Source: an uncultured Trueperaceae bacterium
GTDB lineage: Bacteria > Deinococcota > Deinococci > Deinococcales > Trueperaceae
Length of the DNA stretch: 64,000 nucleotides
Assembly (NCBI GenBank): GCA_963799485.1
Contig: CAWCXJ010000005.1
Span: 64,001 to 128,000, forward strand
Direction: 5' to 3'
A program made the position numbers and the translations under genes. The number at the start of each line of letters is the position of its first letter. Within the stretch, counting starts at the first letter, position 1. Of the stretch, positions 29,472 through 41,474 are shown one piece after another. The notes beneath the pieces are model-generated. The model saw nothing but the letters and a program-made list of their open reading frames with translations, was not told where the DNA came from and searched no databases.

Positions 29472-29792
29472 TTGGAAGCTCAGGGTGAAAAACTGTTGCA
29501 ACGTCTCGCCGACGAAGAGCAGCAACTCCTCGAGAAAATCGACCGGGCCAAAGAGGAAGCGTCGCGGATCGTTGCCGAAGCGGAGCAAAGGGCCGAGAGC
29601 ATCCGTCAGGGAGCGGCTGAACGTGCGGATAAAGCTGCTCAGGAGCGGCGCGACGAAGCCGAACGTGAAAGCAGCGCCGCCCGCGACGAGGTGCTAAAAC
29701 GCGCCGAAAGGGACGTTGCCGAGGCCAAGGCGAGAGCGCAAAAAAGGCGGGACGGGGCCGTCAAACGAATTCTGGAGCAGGTGCTACCGTGA
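29472..29792 (+). CDS. V/A-type ATP synthase subunit G/H
   Basis: Charged coiled coil ending ILEQVLP; TTG start after AGGAGG; first gene of the operon. Confidence 0.85.
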   Translation: MEAQGEKLLQRLADEEQQLLEKIDRAKEEASRIVAEAEQRAESIRQGAAERADKAAQERRDEAERESSAARDEVLKRAERDVAEAKARAQKRRDGAVKRILEQVLP

Positions 29793-29817
29793 GACGGCGT
29801 TTACGGGTGATCTCGCT

Positions 29818-31812
29818 GTGATTTCTACGATGGATCAGCTGCTCGTCGTCGGACGCCGGGGTATCGCCAAAGAGGTACTCGCTACGCTGCAGCAACTTGG
29901 CGTCGTGCAACTCGTCCCGGTTCGCAGCGACGCACTCGGGCAGTTCGCCGTCGGCGACACCGACAAAGAGACCGAAGAAGCGTGGGACGCAGCGGTGGCC
30001 CGTAGTGAAGGGCTGATTGCAAGTTTTGGGCTCGAGGCTACCCCGACGCCGAAAATGAGCAACAAAGACCGTGACCGCCTGCCGAGCAGTCTTAGCGACA
30101 TTCAAGACTACCTCGCCGAGGTCGGCGCACAGGCCGACCGCCTGATCGCCGAACGCGCGCAAATCGCCGACGAGCAAGACGTCATCAACGTCTATCTGCC
30201 GCAGTTTCGTGAGCTTGCGCCGCTCCTCGCCCCGTTAGAAGACAGCCGTTATCTGAGTAGCGCCGCCTTTTTGATTCCCAACGAGGACACGTTGGAGAAG
30301 ACCCGGGCAGCACTCTCCGAAACGCTTTCCGAACGTTACGAGTTGGCGCTCAAAGCGCAGGGCAAAAGCTTTGTTGCCGTCGTCGCGGTTATGAAAGCCG
30401 ATCAGCCGGAGCTGCTGGCGACGCTTTCGCGTTTGGGTCTCGGGGAGCTGCGTTTGCCCGAACGTTACGAAGGCGAAGGGGTTGCTAAAGCCGTTCACCT
30501 GATGACGGAGCGCGCGCAGTCCTTACCCAAACGCCGCCAAACCATCGACCAAGAACTCGCTGAACTCGGTAAAGCAAACGGTGCGAAACTCCTGCTGGTG
30601 CGCGATACGGCGCTCACCTACCGGGCGCGCTACGACGCACTCGGTGGTCTGGCGGGGGGCCGTTACAGCTTCGCCTTGCAAGGCTGGGTGCCATCGGACG
30701 AGCGCGCGCGCGTCGTTGCTGCCCTCGAGAAACAGTTCGCTTCGGGTATCGCCGTAGAGAGCCGCCGCGCCGACGATCACCACGACGAAGGGGTGCCGGT
30801 GAAGCTCGATAACCCCGGCTGGGTCAAACCTTTCGAGGGGCTCTTGTCGCTTTTTGCGCCCCCTAAATACGGCTACTTCGACCCTGCCTGGACGCTGGCA
30901 GTTTTCTTTCCGCTCTTTTTTGGCCTGGTCGTCGGCGATATCGGCTTCGGCCTGATCTTCCTGGCGCTCGGTCTCTGGTTACGGATACGCGGTAAAGCCG
31001 GTAAATCCCTGAGCCTCGGCCCTATCGGAATTACTCTGCAACCCGCCGCGATGCCGTCAATTGGCACCGTCATCAACTGGTGCGCGGCGTGGTCAATCTT
31101 TTGGGGCTTTCTCTACGGTGAGTTCTTCGGGAACTTTTTAGAACTTTGGCCGCGCAACAGCCCTGTCTTCTACGTCCCGGGCCACAGTGGACATGGTCTT
31201 ATCCCTATCGTCTTGTTCCGCGTCGAGGTGTTTCAGCCGCTACTACTGATTTCGCTCGGTTTCGGGATTTTTCAGGTGCTGTTCGGCTGGGCCATCCGCG
31301 CCTACTACGGCTTTCGTCACGGCGACAAGAAGCACCTGTGGGAAGGTATCGGGATGTTCAGCGGTCTTAGCGCCGTCGTCATTTTCTCCTACGGCTTTTT
31401 AACGCAGTCGAATAACGCGTTTACCTGGTTTCTCATCATCGCTGGTTTTGCAATTTTTATCGTAGCTGTCGTACTTTCGCGTATCCCGCTGATGATCGTC
31501 GAACTGATCTCCAACTCAGGCGCGATTTTGTCCTACTTACGACTTTTCGCCGTCGGTTTGTCGGCCGCACTCGTCGCTAACCTGGCGACCGACCTAGGCT
31601 TTGCTATCGGGGGCGTTGCGCCCGTTATCGGGCCTGTTCTCGGAGTTATCGTCGCCCTGGCTGTTCATACGTTGGCCCTCGCCCTGACGATTATCGGGCA
31701 TACGCTGCAACCTTTACGTCTTCAATACGTCGAGTTTTTTACCAGATTCGGGTTTTACGAAGAAGATGGTACGCCGTACCGTCCGTTTCGCACTCTTGGA
31801 GGAAAAGCATGA
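29818..31812 (+). CDS. atpI: V/A-type ATP synthase subunit I
   Basis: FFGLVVGDIGFG, ILSYLRLFAVGLS, LRLQYVEFF. Confidence 0.95.
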   Translation: MISTMDQLLVVGRRGIAKEVLATLQQLGVVQLVPVRSDALGQFAVGDTDKETEEAWDAAVARSEGLIASFGLEATPTPKMSNKDRDRLPSSLSDIQDYLAEVGAQADRLIAERAQIADEQDVINVYLPQFRELAPLLAPLEDSRYLSSAAFLIPNEDTLEKTRAALSETLSERYELALKAQGKSFVAVVAVMKADQPELLATLSRLGLGELRLPERYEGEGVAKAVHLMTERAQSLPKRRQTIDQELAELGKANGAKLLLVRDTALTYRARYDALGGLAGGRYSFALQGWVPSDERARVVAALEKQFASGIAVESRRADDHHDEGVPVKLDNPGWVKPFEGLLSLFAPPKYGYFDPAWTLAVFFPLFFGLVVGDIGFGLIFLALGLWLRIRGKAGKSLSLGPIGITLQPAAMPSIGTVINWCAAWSIFWGFLYGEFFGNFLELWPRNSPVFYVPGHSGHGLIPIVLFRVEVFQPLLLISLGFGIFQVLFGWAIRAYYGFRHGDKKHLWEGIGMFSGLSAVVIFSYGFLTQSNNAFTWFLIIAGFAIFIVAVVLSRIPLMIVELISNSGAILSYLRLFAVGLSAALVANLATDLGFAIGGVAPVIGPVLGVIVALAVHTLALALTIIGHTLQPLRLQYVEFFTRFGFYEEDGTPYRPFRTLGGKA

Positions 31813-32123
31813 AAAAAGTTCTCGTTTTAGTCGCTCTCTTTACGCTCATCAGTTTGGGTTTTGCTCAAGAACCAGGAGTAGCGGCAGCAACTCCTGGTGG
31901 TACTATCGGAGACGGCCTTATCGCTATCGGCGCGGCCCTCGCAGTTGGTCTCGCTGCTATCGGGGTAGGGATCGCGCAGGCGTCAATCGGGAGTGCCGGA
32001 GCTGGAACCCTGGCTGAGCGCCCGCAAGCTTTCGGTCAGATTCTTATCTACCTCGTGATTCCGGAAACGCTCATCATCTTCGGTTTCGTGATCGCCTTCT
32101 TCCTTAACGCTCAGATAGGCTAA
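31809..32123 (+). CDS. atpK: V/A-type ATP synthase proteolipid subunit K (with signal peptide)
   Basis: GIAQASIGSAGAG, IPETLIIFG with the conserved Glu. Confidence 0.95.
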   Translation: MKKVLVLVALFTLISLGFAQEPGVAAATPGGTIGDGLIAIGAALAVGLAAIGVGIAQASIGSAGAGTLAERPQAFGQILIYLVIPETLIIFGFVIAFFLNAQIG

Positions 32124-32126
32124 ACC

Positions 32127-32783
32127 ATGGCCAATCTTTCGGCTCTGCTTGACAAAGAAGCGGGCGCGGAGATAGAAAGCATCCTCTCCGAGGCGCGCAA
32201 GCGTGCCTCGGAGATCGTCGCTAAGGCCGAAGAAGATGCCAAGGCGATGACGGCCCAACGCGAACGCCTGTCGCAGTCTCAGGGTGAGGCGGCGCAGGTA
32301 CGCGCGCGCAGCGCGGCGCAGCTAGAAGCGTCGTCGCTGAAGTTGCGCGCGCAGCACAGCGTGGTCGAAGATGTTTTCGGGTCGGCAGAAGCCGAACTTC
32401 GCAAGCTCAGCAAAGATAAAAAACGCTACCCTCCGGTGTTGGCGGCGCTCCTCGGGGAAGCCGTCGACGCACTTGGAGGCAAGGACAACGTAAGCAAAGT
32501 CATCGTCAACCCGGACGATGAGCAAGCCGGGAAAGAGGCGGCGCAAAAGTACGGCTTGGACGATAAGCTGGGGACCAGCAAAACCGTCGAGGGTGGTGTC
32601 AAGGTCAAGGCGACCTCGAACATCACGATTGAAAACAGCCTTTTCGACCGACTGCGGGCTGCACGCGAAGATTTGGCGTCGGAGGTTTCGCAGATGCTGG
32701 GCGCGGGGGTAGACCAGCCCCAAGCCGAGTCGGCGTCGGCTAAGTCAGAATCTGCCGAATCGAAATCCAAGTCGGACGCGTAA
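32127..32783 (+). CDS. atpE: V/A-type ATP synthase subunit E
   Basis: Coiled-coil N-terminus, GGVKV...IENSLFDRL; operon position. Confidence 0.9.
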   Translation: MANLSALLDKEAGAEIESILSEARKRASEIVAKAEEDAKAMTAQRERLSQSQGEAAQVRARSAAQLEASSLKLRAQHSVVEDVFGSAEAELRKLSKDKKRYPPVLAALLGEAVDALGGKDNVSKVIVNPDDEQAGKEAAQKYGLDDKLGTSKTVEGGVKVKATSNITIENSLFDRLRAAREDLASEVSQMLGAGVDQPQAESASAKSESAESKSKSDA

Positions 32784-33793
32784 TGCCCGCTGATTTCGGT
32801 TATATCAACGCCCGCGTGCGCGGCCTTAAAGCCAGGCTTTTAGGCGACGAGTTCTACGCCGCCGCACTCGGCGATTCGGACTTCGGCGCGTTTTTGAGCA
32901 GCTTTTCGCAGACTGCTTATGCGCGCGAGGCCGATGAAGCGCAGGCGCGTTACGGCAGCGACCTGCGCGCGGTAGACGACGCGCTCGCCCGCAACTTTTA
33001 CACGACGACCCGGACGCTCCTAAACGTCTCGGACGGGCTTCCGGAGCGGCTCTTAAGACTGCTGCTCTTGCGCTACGACCTCGGCAACCTCAAGACGATT
33101 GCGCGCGCTAAAAGTGCGGGCCGCGAACCTGACGAGGTGCAGGCGGGGTTGTTGCCCGCCGGCGAACTCAAACCGGCGGTTTTAGAGTCCATTGCGCAGG
33201 CGAGCGATTTGCCGGCGGCGGCGCAGGCGGTCGCCGTAACCGGGCATCCGCTCGGGGGCGCTTTTACCCGCGCGGTCGCCAAGTTCACTTCGGACAATGA
33301 TTTGTACGACCTCGAGCTGACCCTAGACCGCGCTTACTACGAAGCGCTCAGTGAAGAGGTGGCGAAGGGCGGTTTTCCCAAAGACTTCGCCCGCTACGTT
33401 CAGCGTGAAATCGACGCGACGAACATCCGCACGGCGCTTAAACTGCGCGGCGCGGAAGATGCCGACGCCGACGCCCTGTTCATCAAGGGGGGTAAAGAGG
33501 TGCGGCGCACGACCTTTGATACGCTCCTGACCGGCGACTTACAGGCGCTCGCGAGTACAACCTTCGCCGAAGTCGCCGAAACCGACGACCTGAGCCGCGC
33601 CGAAGAGATCTTACGCGAAAGTCTCGACGCACAGGCCCGCAAATTGGCGCTCCGCGACCCGCTCGGCGTCGGCGTGATCCTCAACTACTTGCGCCTTAAA
33701 GAAAATGAGACCGCCCGCCTCAGGCTGTTAGCGCGGGGCAAGTTTTACGGCGTCCCCAGAAACCGCTTAGAACAGGAGCTTGGTCGTGCCTAG
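32783..33793 (+). CDS. atpC: V/A-type ATP synthase subunit C
   Basis: DFGYINARVRG, EIDATNIRTALK, RLRLLARGK. Confidence 0.92.
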   Translation: MPADFGYINARVRGLKARLLGDEFYAAALGDSDFGAFLSSFSQTAYAREADEAQARYGSDLRAVDDALARNFYTTTRTLLNVSDGLPERLLRLLLLRYDLGNLKTIARAKSAGREPDEVQAGLLPAGELKPAVLESIAQASDLPAAAQAVAVTGHPLGGAFTRAVAKFTSDNDLYDLELTLDRAYYEALSEEVAKGGFPKDFARYVQREIDATNIRTALKLRGAEDADADALFIKGGKEVRRTTFDTLLTGDLQALASTTFAEVAETDDLSRAEEILRESLDAQARKLALRDPLGVGVILNYLRLKENETARLRLLARGKFYGVPRNRLEQELGRA

Positions 33794-34115
33794 AATGGTT
33801 ATTTTGACCGACAGCGAAACGGCGACCGGGTTTCGTCTGGCGGGCGTCGAGGTGCGCGAAGCCGACCCGGAAGGCGCGCAGAGTGCGCTCGAGGACTTGA
33901 TCGCGTCGAACGATTTCGGTCTGGTCGCCGTCGATGAGTCGCTCATCGCCGATCCGAACCGCTCGTCGGCGCGCGCCATGCGGGGCCGCGAACTACCGGT
34001 CTTGCTCACTATGCCGAGCCTCGGGGCCGCGTTCGACGAGGAGAGCGGTGACGCCGCCGAGTACATGAAACAGCTCGTCCGCAGCGCGATAGGTTTTGAC
34101 GTCAAGCTCGAGTAA
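33786..34115 (+). CDS. atpF: V/A-type ATP synthase subunit F
   Basis: DSETATGFRLAG, LVRSAIGFDVKL. Confidence 0.92.
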   Translation: MPRMVILTDSETATGFRLAGVEVREADPEGAQSALEDLIASNDFGLVAVDESLIADPNRSSARAMRGRELPVLLTMPSLGAAFDEESGDAAEYMKQLVRSAIGFDVKLE

Positions 34116-34185
34116 TTCGTACGCCAACTCCGTGCGGGCAGCCCCGGCGCGGTCTACACTAGAATAGACTACCAAAGGAGGAACT

Positions 34186-35925
34186 GTGGCGATTGAAGGA
34201 AAAGTACAGCGTATCTCCGGCCCGGCGGTTATCGCCGAGGGGATGATGGGCGCGCGGATGTTCGACATCGTGCGCGTCGGTCAAGAAAACTTGATTGGTG
34301 AGATTATTCGCTTGGACGGCGACACGGCCTTCGTCCAGGTTTATGAAGATACCGGCGGTCTGACGATCGGTGAACCGGTCGTTTCGACCGAGCTGCCGCT
34401 CGCCGTCGAACTCGGGCCGGGGATGCTCAACGGTATCTTCGACGGGATTCAGCGCCCCCTAGACAAAATCAATGAGGCTTCGGGAACCTATATCGACCGG
34501 GGCATTACCGTCAACTCGCTTTCACGCGAAGCCAAATGGCCTTTTACGCCGACTGCCAAAGTGGGTGACGAGGTGAAAGGCGGTCAGGTTCTCGGGACGG
34601 TACCCGAATTTTCGTTTACCCACAAGATTCTCGTACCGCCGAACAAGTCGGGCAAGCTCAAAACGCTCGCCGACGCCGGGGACTACACCGTAGAAGACGT
34701 AATCGGGACGCTCGAGGACGGCACCGAGCTCCGGCTCTACCACCCGTGGGCCGTGCGCCAACCCCGCCCGGTCGAACAAAAACTCGACCCGGTAACGCCG
34801 TTTCTGACCGGAATGCGGATTTTAGATGTGCTTTTTCCGCTCGCCATGGGCGGCACCGCCGCGATTCCGGGGCCGTTCGGTTCGGGCAAAACCGTGACGC
34901 AGCAGTCGATTGCCAAATACGGCAACGCCGATATCGTCGTCTACGTCGGTTGCGGTGAGCGCGGCAACGAGATGACGGATGTGCTCATCGAGTTTCCGGA
35001 ACTTGAAGACCCGCAGACCGGCAACCCGCTCATGCACCGCACGGTGCTCATTGCCAACACCTCGAATATGCCGGTCGCCGCACGTGAAGCCTCGATCTAT
35101 ACGGGCATCACCTTGGCTGAGTACTTCCGCGATCAGGGCTACGCCGTATCGGTCATGGCCGACTCGACCAGCCGCTGGGCCGAAGCGCTCCGCGAAATCT
35201 CCTCACGACTCGAGGAAATGCCCGCAGAAGAGGGGTATCCGCCGTATCTCGCGTCCCGCCTCGCAGCGTTTTACGAACGCGGGGGCCGCGTCACGACACT
35301 CGCCGGTGAACCGGGCGCGGTGTCGATTATCGGCGCAGTTTCACCTGCCGGGGGGGATTTCTCCGAACCCGTCACGCAGTCGACGCTCCGGATTACGGGC
35401 TGCTTCTGGGCGCTCGACGCGTCCCTGGCGCGCCGCCGCCACTTCCCGGCGATCAACTGGAACCGCTCGTACTCGCTATTTACGGGGATTCTCGAGGACT
35501 GGTACGCCGAAAACGTCGCGCCCGACTTTAGCGAACTCCGCGACCGCGCCGTAACGCTTCTCCAACGCGAAGCTGAACTCCAAGAGGTCGTGCAGCTCGT
35601 CGGCCCGGACGCCCTGCAAGACCAGGAGCGTTTGGTCATCGAAGTGGGCCGGATTTTGCGGCAGGACTTCTTGCAGCAAAACGGCTTCGACCCCGTAGAC
35701 GCGTCGTGTTCGATGCCCAAAGCGTATGGGCTGTTGCAGCTGATGATTACGCTTAACGACCAGGCCCGGCGTGCGCTAGACGGTGGCGCGACCGTCGACG
35801 ACATCCTTAAAAATGAGGTCGTCGAAAAGGTCAGCCGCGCCCGTTATGTGCCCGAAGACGAGTTCGAGGCGTATAAAACGGACACGCTTAAAGAACTCGA
35901 CAACGCCTTTGCGGTTCCCGCGTAA
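34186..35925 (+). CDS. atpA: V/A-type ATP synthase subunit A
   Basis: [32 protein letters not shown]. Confidence 0.98.
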   Translation: MAIEGKVQRISGPAVIAEGMMGARMFDIVRVGQENLIGEIIRLDGDTAFVQVYEDTGGLTIGEPVVSTELPLAVELGPGMLNGIFDGIQRPLDKINEASGTYIDRGITVNSLSREAKWPFTPTAKVGDEVKGGQVLGTVPEFSFTHKILVPPNKSGKLKTLADAGDYTVEDVIGTLEDGTELRLYHPWAVRQPRPVEQKLDPVTPFLTGMRILDVLFPLAMGGTAAIPGPFGSGKTVTQQSIAKYGNADIVVYVGCGERGNEMTDVLIEFPELEDPQTGNPLMHRTVLIANTSNMPVAAREASIYTGITLAEYFRDQGYAVSVMADSTSRWAEALREISSRLEEMPAEEGYPPYLASRLAAFYERGGRVTTLAGEPGAVSIIGAVSPAGGDFSEPVTQSTLRITGCFWALDASLARRRHFPAINWNRSYSLFTGILEDWYAENVAPDFSELRDRAVTLLQREAELQEVVQLVGPDALQDQERLVIEVGRILRQDFLQQNGFDPVDASCSMPKAYGLLQLMITLNDQARRALDGGATVDDILKNEVVEKVSRARYVPEDEFEAYKTDTLKELDNAFAVPA

Positions 35926-35937
35926 AGGAGGGGAGAC

Positions 35938-37395
<1,458 letters not shown>

Positions 37396-37396
37396 C

Positions 37397-38077
37397 GTGG
37401 CCGAGCAAGTTGCCCCGACCCGTTCGAACCTGCTCCAGCGGCGCGACCAGCTCAAGCTCGCCAACCGCGGCGCTGACCTCTTAAAGCGCAAACGCGACGC
37501 GCTCATCGGCGAGTTTTTCAGTCTGGTGCAGGAATCACTCAAGGCGCGGCGGGCGCTTAACAGCAGCTCCCGCGAGGCGTACTTCAGCCTCTTTTTGGCT
37601 AAAGCGTGGGACGGTCCTGAAGCGGTCGAAAGTTTGTCTTTGGCAGGGGACAAGCAGCTCGAGCTTGACCTCAAGGTGCAAAACCTGTTCGGCGTCAAGG
37701 TGCCGCAGGTGCAGCCGCCCAAGTTCGACACCAACTTACCTTTTTCGCCCGTCGGCGCGGGTGCGCGCACCTTAGACGCCGCCGCGCAGTTCCGGGCGCT
37801 GACCGAAGCCATCGTTCAGGTTGCGGCGACTGAAACGCGCCTTCGGCTAGTTGGCGAAGAGATTAAAAAGACCTCTCGGCGTGTGAACGCTTTGGAGCAG
37901 ATCGTGATTCCCGGCGTGCAGGCGCAAATTCGCGATATCCGCAGTGTGCTCGACCAGCGGGCACTAGAAGAGACTACGGTCTTAAAACGCATCAAAGCCA
38001 AACTCGACGCCCGTGAAGAAGCCGAAGCTGAAGACGCGCTTAAAAAACAAGCGTCGATGGCGGGAACGTCGGCTTAG
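37397..38077 (+). CDS. atpD: V/A-type ATP synthase subunit D
   Basis: PTRSNLL..LLKRKRDAL, KTSRRVNALE. Confidence 0.96.
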   Translation: MAEQVAPTRSNLLQRRDQLKLANRGADLLKRKRDALIGEFFSLVQESLKARRALNSSSREAYFSLFLAKAWDGPEAVESLSLAGDKQLELDLKVQNLFGVKVPQVQPPKFDTNLPFSPVGAGARTLDAAAQFRALTEAIVQVAATETRLRLVGEEIKKTSRRVNALEQIVIPGVQAQIRDIRSVLDQRALEETTVLKRIKAKLDAREEAEAEDALKKQASMAGTSA

Positions 38078-38104
38078 CCGTAACTTCAGTGTCTTCCACC
38101 TGTT

Positions 38105-38130
38105 GCAGCCCTGACCTTCAGGGCTGCTTT
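38105..38130 (+). terminator. Terminator of the ATPase operon
   Basis: GCAGCCCTGA-cct-TCAGGGCTGC-TTT. Confidence 0.75.
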
Positions 38131-38353
38131 AGTTTGGAGCCACAAAGCAAGCTGCCGCCGGTCGCTACGTCGGCGCTTTGTAAAAAGCCCGGTTATGAAG
38201 ACCGATCATAATAAATCCCGCTTGCGAGCTGAGCCTCTCAACCACGCGGTCTGGCTGTCCCCAAGAAGCGTGCCCCAGGTCAACGTACCGGCGTACAAAG
38301 AGTCGTCCCACACTTCTTTTTTAATTCATATGCGCTGTATTGTATGCGCCGCT

Positions 38354-38373
38354 CTTGTAAACTTCTTTACAAG
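38354..38373. promoter_or_regulatory. Palindromic operator (Rex-box-like) upstream of the amino-acid ABC operon
   Basis: CTTGTAAA-cttc-TTTACAAG perfect inverted repeat, followed by TACTAT. Confidence 0.55.
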
Positions 38374-38447
38374 CCTACGTTTTTACGGGTACTATACAGG
38401 AAGCCTTTGTCCGGCCCAACAGCACAACTCATCTAAAGGGAGACACC

Positions 38448-39464
38448 ATGCGTAAATGGATCGTACTTATCGCCGTTACAACCTTACTATTAGGAAACGC
38501 CTACGCCCAGGGCGGCAAGCTCGCTGAAGTCAAGCAGCGCGGCGAGCTGATCTGCGGCGTCAACGACCAGCTGCCGGGGTTCGGGAGCGTCAACGACGCC
38601 GGTGAATTCGTCGGCTTCGACGTGGACTTTTGCCGCGCAATTGCCGCTGCGGTGCTCGGCGACGCCCAAGCGGTGCGCTTTCGCCCGCTTTCCGCGCAGG
38701 AACGCTTTACCGCCGTACAAACCGGTGAGGTCGATGTTCTGGTTCGTAACACCACCTGGACGAGCAGCCGCGACAGCGACGTCGGGCTGGACTTTGCGCC
38801 CGTCAACTTCTTCGACGGTCAGGGCTTTATGGTACGCACCGACTCGGGGATCAGTACGCTGCAAGACTTGGAGGGCCTCCGTATCGGCGTGCAGTCCGGA
38901 ACCACGACCGAACTCAACTTGGCCGACGTGATGGGCGCACTGAACATTCAGTACGAGCCGGTGATTTTCGAACAGGCCGACCAGCTCGTACGCGCCTACG
39001 ACCAAGGTGCCGTCGACGCCTGGACGACGGACAAGTCGGGTTTGGCGAGCTATTTGCCGACCCTGCAAGACCCCGGCGCGCATAAAATCCTCGAGGCGAC
39101 CATCTCGAAAGAACCGCTTGCACCCGCCGTGCTGCAGGGCGACAGCCAGTGGCGCGACGCCGTAAGCTGGGTTTTGTACGGCCTCTTCAGCGCCGAAGAG
39201 TACGGCATCACCTCGGAAAACGCGGCACAGATGGCTGAAACCTCGCAGATCCCCGATGTGCAGCGTTTGCTCGGCGTCGAACCCGAACCGCTTCAGCAAC
39301 TCGGCCTCGAGCCCACCGCGCTGCTCACTGCTATCCAAGCTACCGGTAACTACGGTGAAATCTACAACCGCAACCTGGGCCCGGACACGCAGTTTAATAT
39401 TCCGCGCGGCCTCAACGCGCAGTGGAGCGAAGGTGGTCTGCTCTACGGGATGCCCTTCCGCTAA
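38448..39464 (+). CDS. aapJ: General L-amino-acid ABC transporter substrate-binding protein (AapJ/BztA)
   Basis: GFDVDFCRAIAAA, RNTTWTSSRD, ISKEPL, GNYGEIYNRNLG. Confidence 0.92.
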   Translation: MRKWIVLIAVTTLLLGNAYAQGGKLAEVKQRGELICGVNDQLPGFGSVNDAGEFVGFDVDFCRAIAAAVLGDAQAVRFRPLSAQERFTAVQTGEVDVLVRNTTWTSSRDSDVGLDFAPVNFFDGQGFMVRTDSGISTLQDLEGLRIGVQSGTTTELNLADVMGALNIQYEPVIFEQADQLVRAYDQGAVDAWTTDKSGLASYLPTLQDPGAHKILEATISKEPLAPAVLQGDSQWRDAVSWVLYGLFSAEEYGITSENAAQMAETSQIPDVQRLLGVEPEPLQQLGLEPTALLTAIQATGNYGEIYNRNLGPDTQFNIPRGLNAQWSEGGLLYGMPFR

Positions 39465-39542
39465 ACGCCAAGGCTTTGCCGGGGGTGGTTCAGCCACCCC
39501 CTATTTTTATAGAGAGCTTTTTATTTTTGTTAGGAGGTCAAG

Positions 39543-41474
39543 GTGGCGACGCGCGCGCGCACGTTACAAACCAAGTCGGAGCGAATACCTTTTTACCGTA
39601 ACGTCAAGGTACTCGGTACGTTGGCACAGGTTATTTTTGTAATCGCGCTTGTTTTGGGTATTTTAGTCATGTACCTTAACGTCACCTCGGCGCTCGAGCG
39701 TTCACGTATCCCCGCAAGTTTCGGCTTTCTGGATTCGCGCGCGGGTATCCCCATCGGGGAGTCGCTGATCACTTACAGCCCCAGCGACACCTTTGCACGG
39801 GCGCTATTAGTCGGCGTCCTCAACACCTTGCGGGTCGCTCTCATCGGCGTCGTTTTGGCAACTTTGCTCGGCATCTTGGTCGGGGTGATGCGGCTTTCAA
39901 GAAACTGGCTGTTGCGTCAGATTGCCCTCGTTTACGTCGAGACCATTCGCAACACGCCGCTTGCGGTGCAACTCGTTTTCTGGTTTTACGCGATTCTTAT
40001 CCCCTTGCCGCCCCTTATCAGTAACCCCGTCGAGCTGCCCTTCGGTGCGTATTTTAGTCAGGTCGGCTTGGCGCTCCCGTGGCTTTATCCGAGCTACAGC
40101 TTTAATGCGTGGTTGCCGTGGTTGGGCGGTGCGCTGGTTCTTTTTATCTTGCTCTACATCGTCCGCCGGATTCAGATACGCCGTTCGGAGCGTCCGGGGA
40201 ACGCGTGGTTGTTGCCGCTCGTGGCAGCTCTGGTCGTCGCCGGGATCGGGTTTCCGCTGGCGTCGCAACCGCTGCCGGCGGGGACGACGACGGACTTTAA
40301 TGCAAGTCGTGGGCGCGGCACGGTTTTTGTCGATGCGAACGGGAACGGCGTTCAGGATACGGGCGAACGCGCGCTCCCTTACGCCAGGGTGCAAATCAGT
40401 GTCCCGGAGGCCATACTCGCAGAAAACACTCAGTCTATCGTCGAGTCGCGGCGGCGGGTACAAAGTGCTTTTCGTTTTGCGGCGTTAAGAGAAAGTCAGT
40501 TCAGCAGCGCCGAGGTGACGTTTGCCAACCCCGAGGCGGCGCAAGGCCTCGCCATTCACTACTTTAACTTTCCTTCGTCCGGTATTATCTACCGTGACCG
40601 TAACGGCAACGGCGAGTACGACGCAGACGAAGAGCGCAACCTCGAGAACCCCAATCAGGGCGGCTTTAACGGGGTTCCTTTACGCCTCGGCGTCGAGGGT
40701 TTTGAAGAGACCCTGACGGCTGATCGCACCGGGCAATTCCGACTGCCACCGTTTCAGTCGCTCGCAGAGCTCGACGCCGCGACTGCTGCTACAGCTGCCT
40801 CGGCAGCTGCGCCCGAAGGTGAAACGGACGGTGCAGCCCCTAGCGACGGGGGAACCTCGAGTCCCGCCGGTCTTTTCGGCGGTGGGGGTAACAGTAGCGC
40901 GGGCGGGGACACCTCGAGCCCTGCCGGTCTTTTCGGCGGTGGGGGCGAAGAAACCACCACCGACGTCCCCGGTATCGACGCGAGCGTCACCATCTTGCCG
41001 AGCGGCCCACTCGTCGCCAGTTTCCCGACCGTCCCGCTGACCAGTTATGAAGGCGGCGTACAGCTCTCTGCCCCGTTTTTGGCTTTGCTGTTGGGGTTGG
41101 TTATCTACACCGCGTCGTTTATCTCTGAAATTGTCCGCGGCGGTATTCAAGCGGTCAACAAAGGCCAGCGCGAGGCGGCCAAATCGGTCGGGCTCAGCGA
41201 CACCCAGACGTTCAACCTGATCGTCTTTCCGCAGGCACTCCGCATCATCTTGCCGCCGCTTTTAAGCCAGTACCTCAACCTCATCAAGAACTCGTCATTG
41301 GCGCTGCTGATTACCTTTATCGACTTTTTTGCTATCGGCCGGATTATCGGCAACCAGACCGGGGCGACGGTGCCGATTATCGTCATCATCATCGGAGGCT
41401 ACCTGCTCGTGAGTTTTATCTTTGCCTTTATCCTTAACGTGGTCAACGCCCGGTTTGCGCTGGTCGAACGGTGA
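39543..41474 (+). CDS. aapQ: Amino-acid ABC permease (AapQ/BztB) with a large soluble insertion
   Basis: YVETIRNTPL, SEIVRGGIQAV.KGQREAA, YLNLIKNSSL; about 240 aa inserted. Confidence 0.88.
   Translation: MATRARTLQTKSERIPFYRNVKVLGTLAQVIFVIALVLGILVMYLNVTSALERSRIPASFGFLDSRAGIPIGESLITYSPSDTFARALLVGVLNTLRVALIGVVLATLLGILVGVMRLSRNWLLRQIALVYVETIRNTPLAVQLVFWFYAILIPLPPLISNPVELPFGAYFSQVGLALPWLYPSYSFNAWLPWLGGALVLFILLYIVRRIQIRRSERPGNAWLLPLVAALVVAGIGFPLASQPLPAGTTTDFNASRGRGTVFVDANGNGVQDTGERALPYARVQISVPEAILAENTQSIVESRRRVQSAFRFAALRESQFSSAEVTFANPEAAQGLAIHYFNFPSSGIIYRDRNGNGEYDADEERNLENPNQGGFNGVPLRLGVEGFEETLTADRTGQFRLPPFQSLAELDAATAATAASAAAPEGETDGAAPSDGGTSSPAGLFGGGGNSSAGGDTSSPAGLFGGGGEETTTDVPGIDASVTILPSGPLVASFPTVPLTSYEGGVQLSAPFLALLLGLVIYTASFISEIVRGGIQAVNKGQREAAKSVGLSDTQTFNLIVFPQALRIILPPLLSQYLNLIKNSSLALLITFIDFFAIGRIIGNQTGATVPIIVIIIGGYLLVSFIFAFILNVVNARFALVER
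40854..40945 (+). repeat. Intragenic direct repeat (TSSPAGLFGGGG x2)
   Basis: ACCTCGAG(T/C)CC(C/T)GCCGGTCTTTTCGGCGGTGGGGG twice, 57 bp apart. Confidence 0.85.

Noticed and set aside
38490..39497. 335-aa ORF antisense to aapJ
   Set aside because: Shadow ORF of a GC-rich gene with no motifs. The same applies to 15346-16173, 44643-45299 and the ORFs overlapping 50190-51119.
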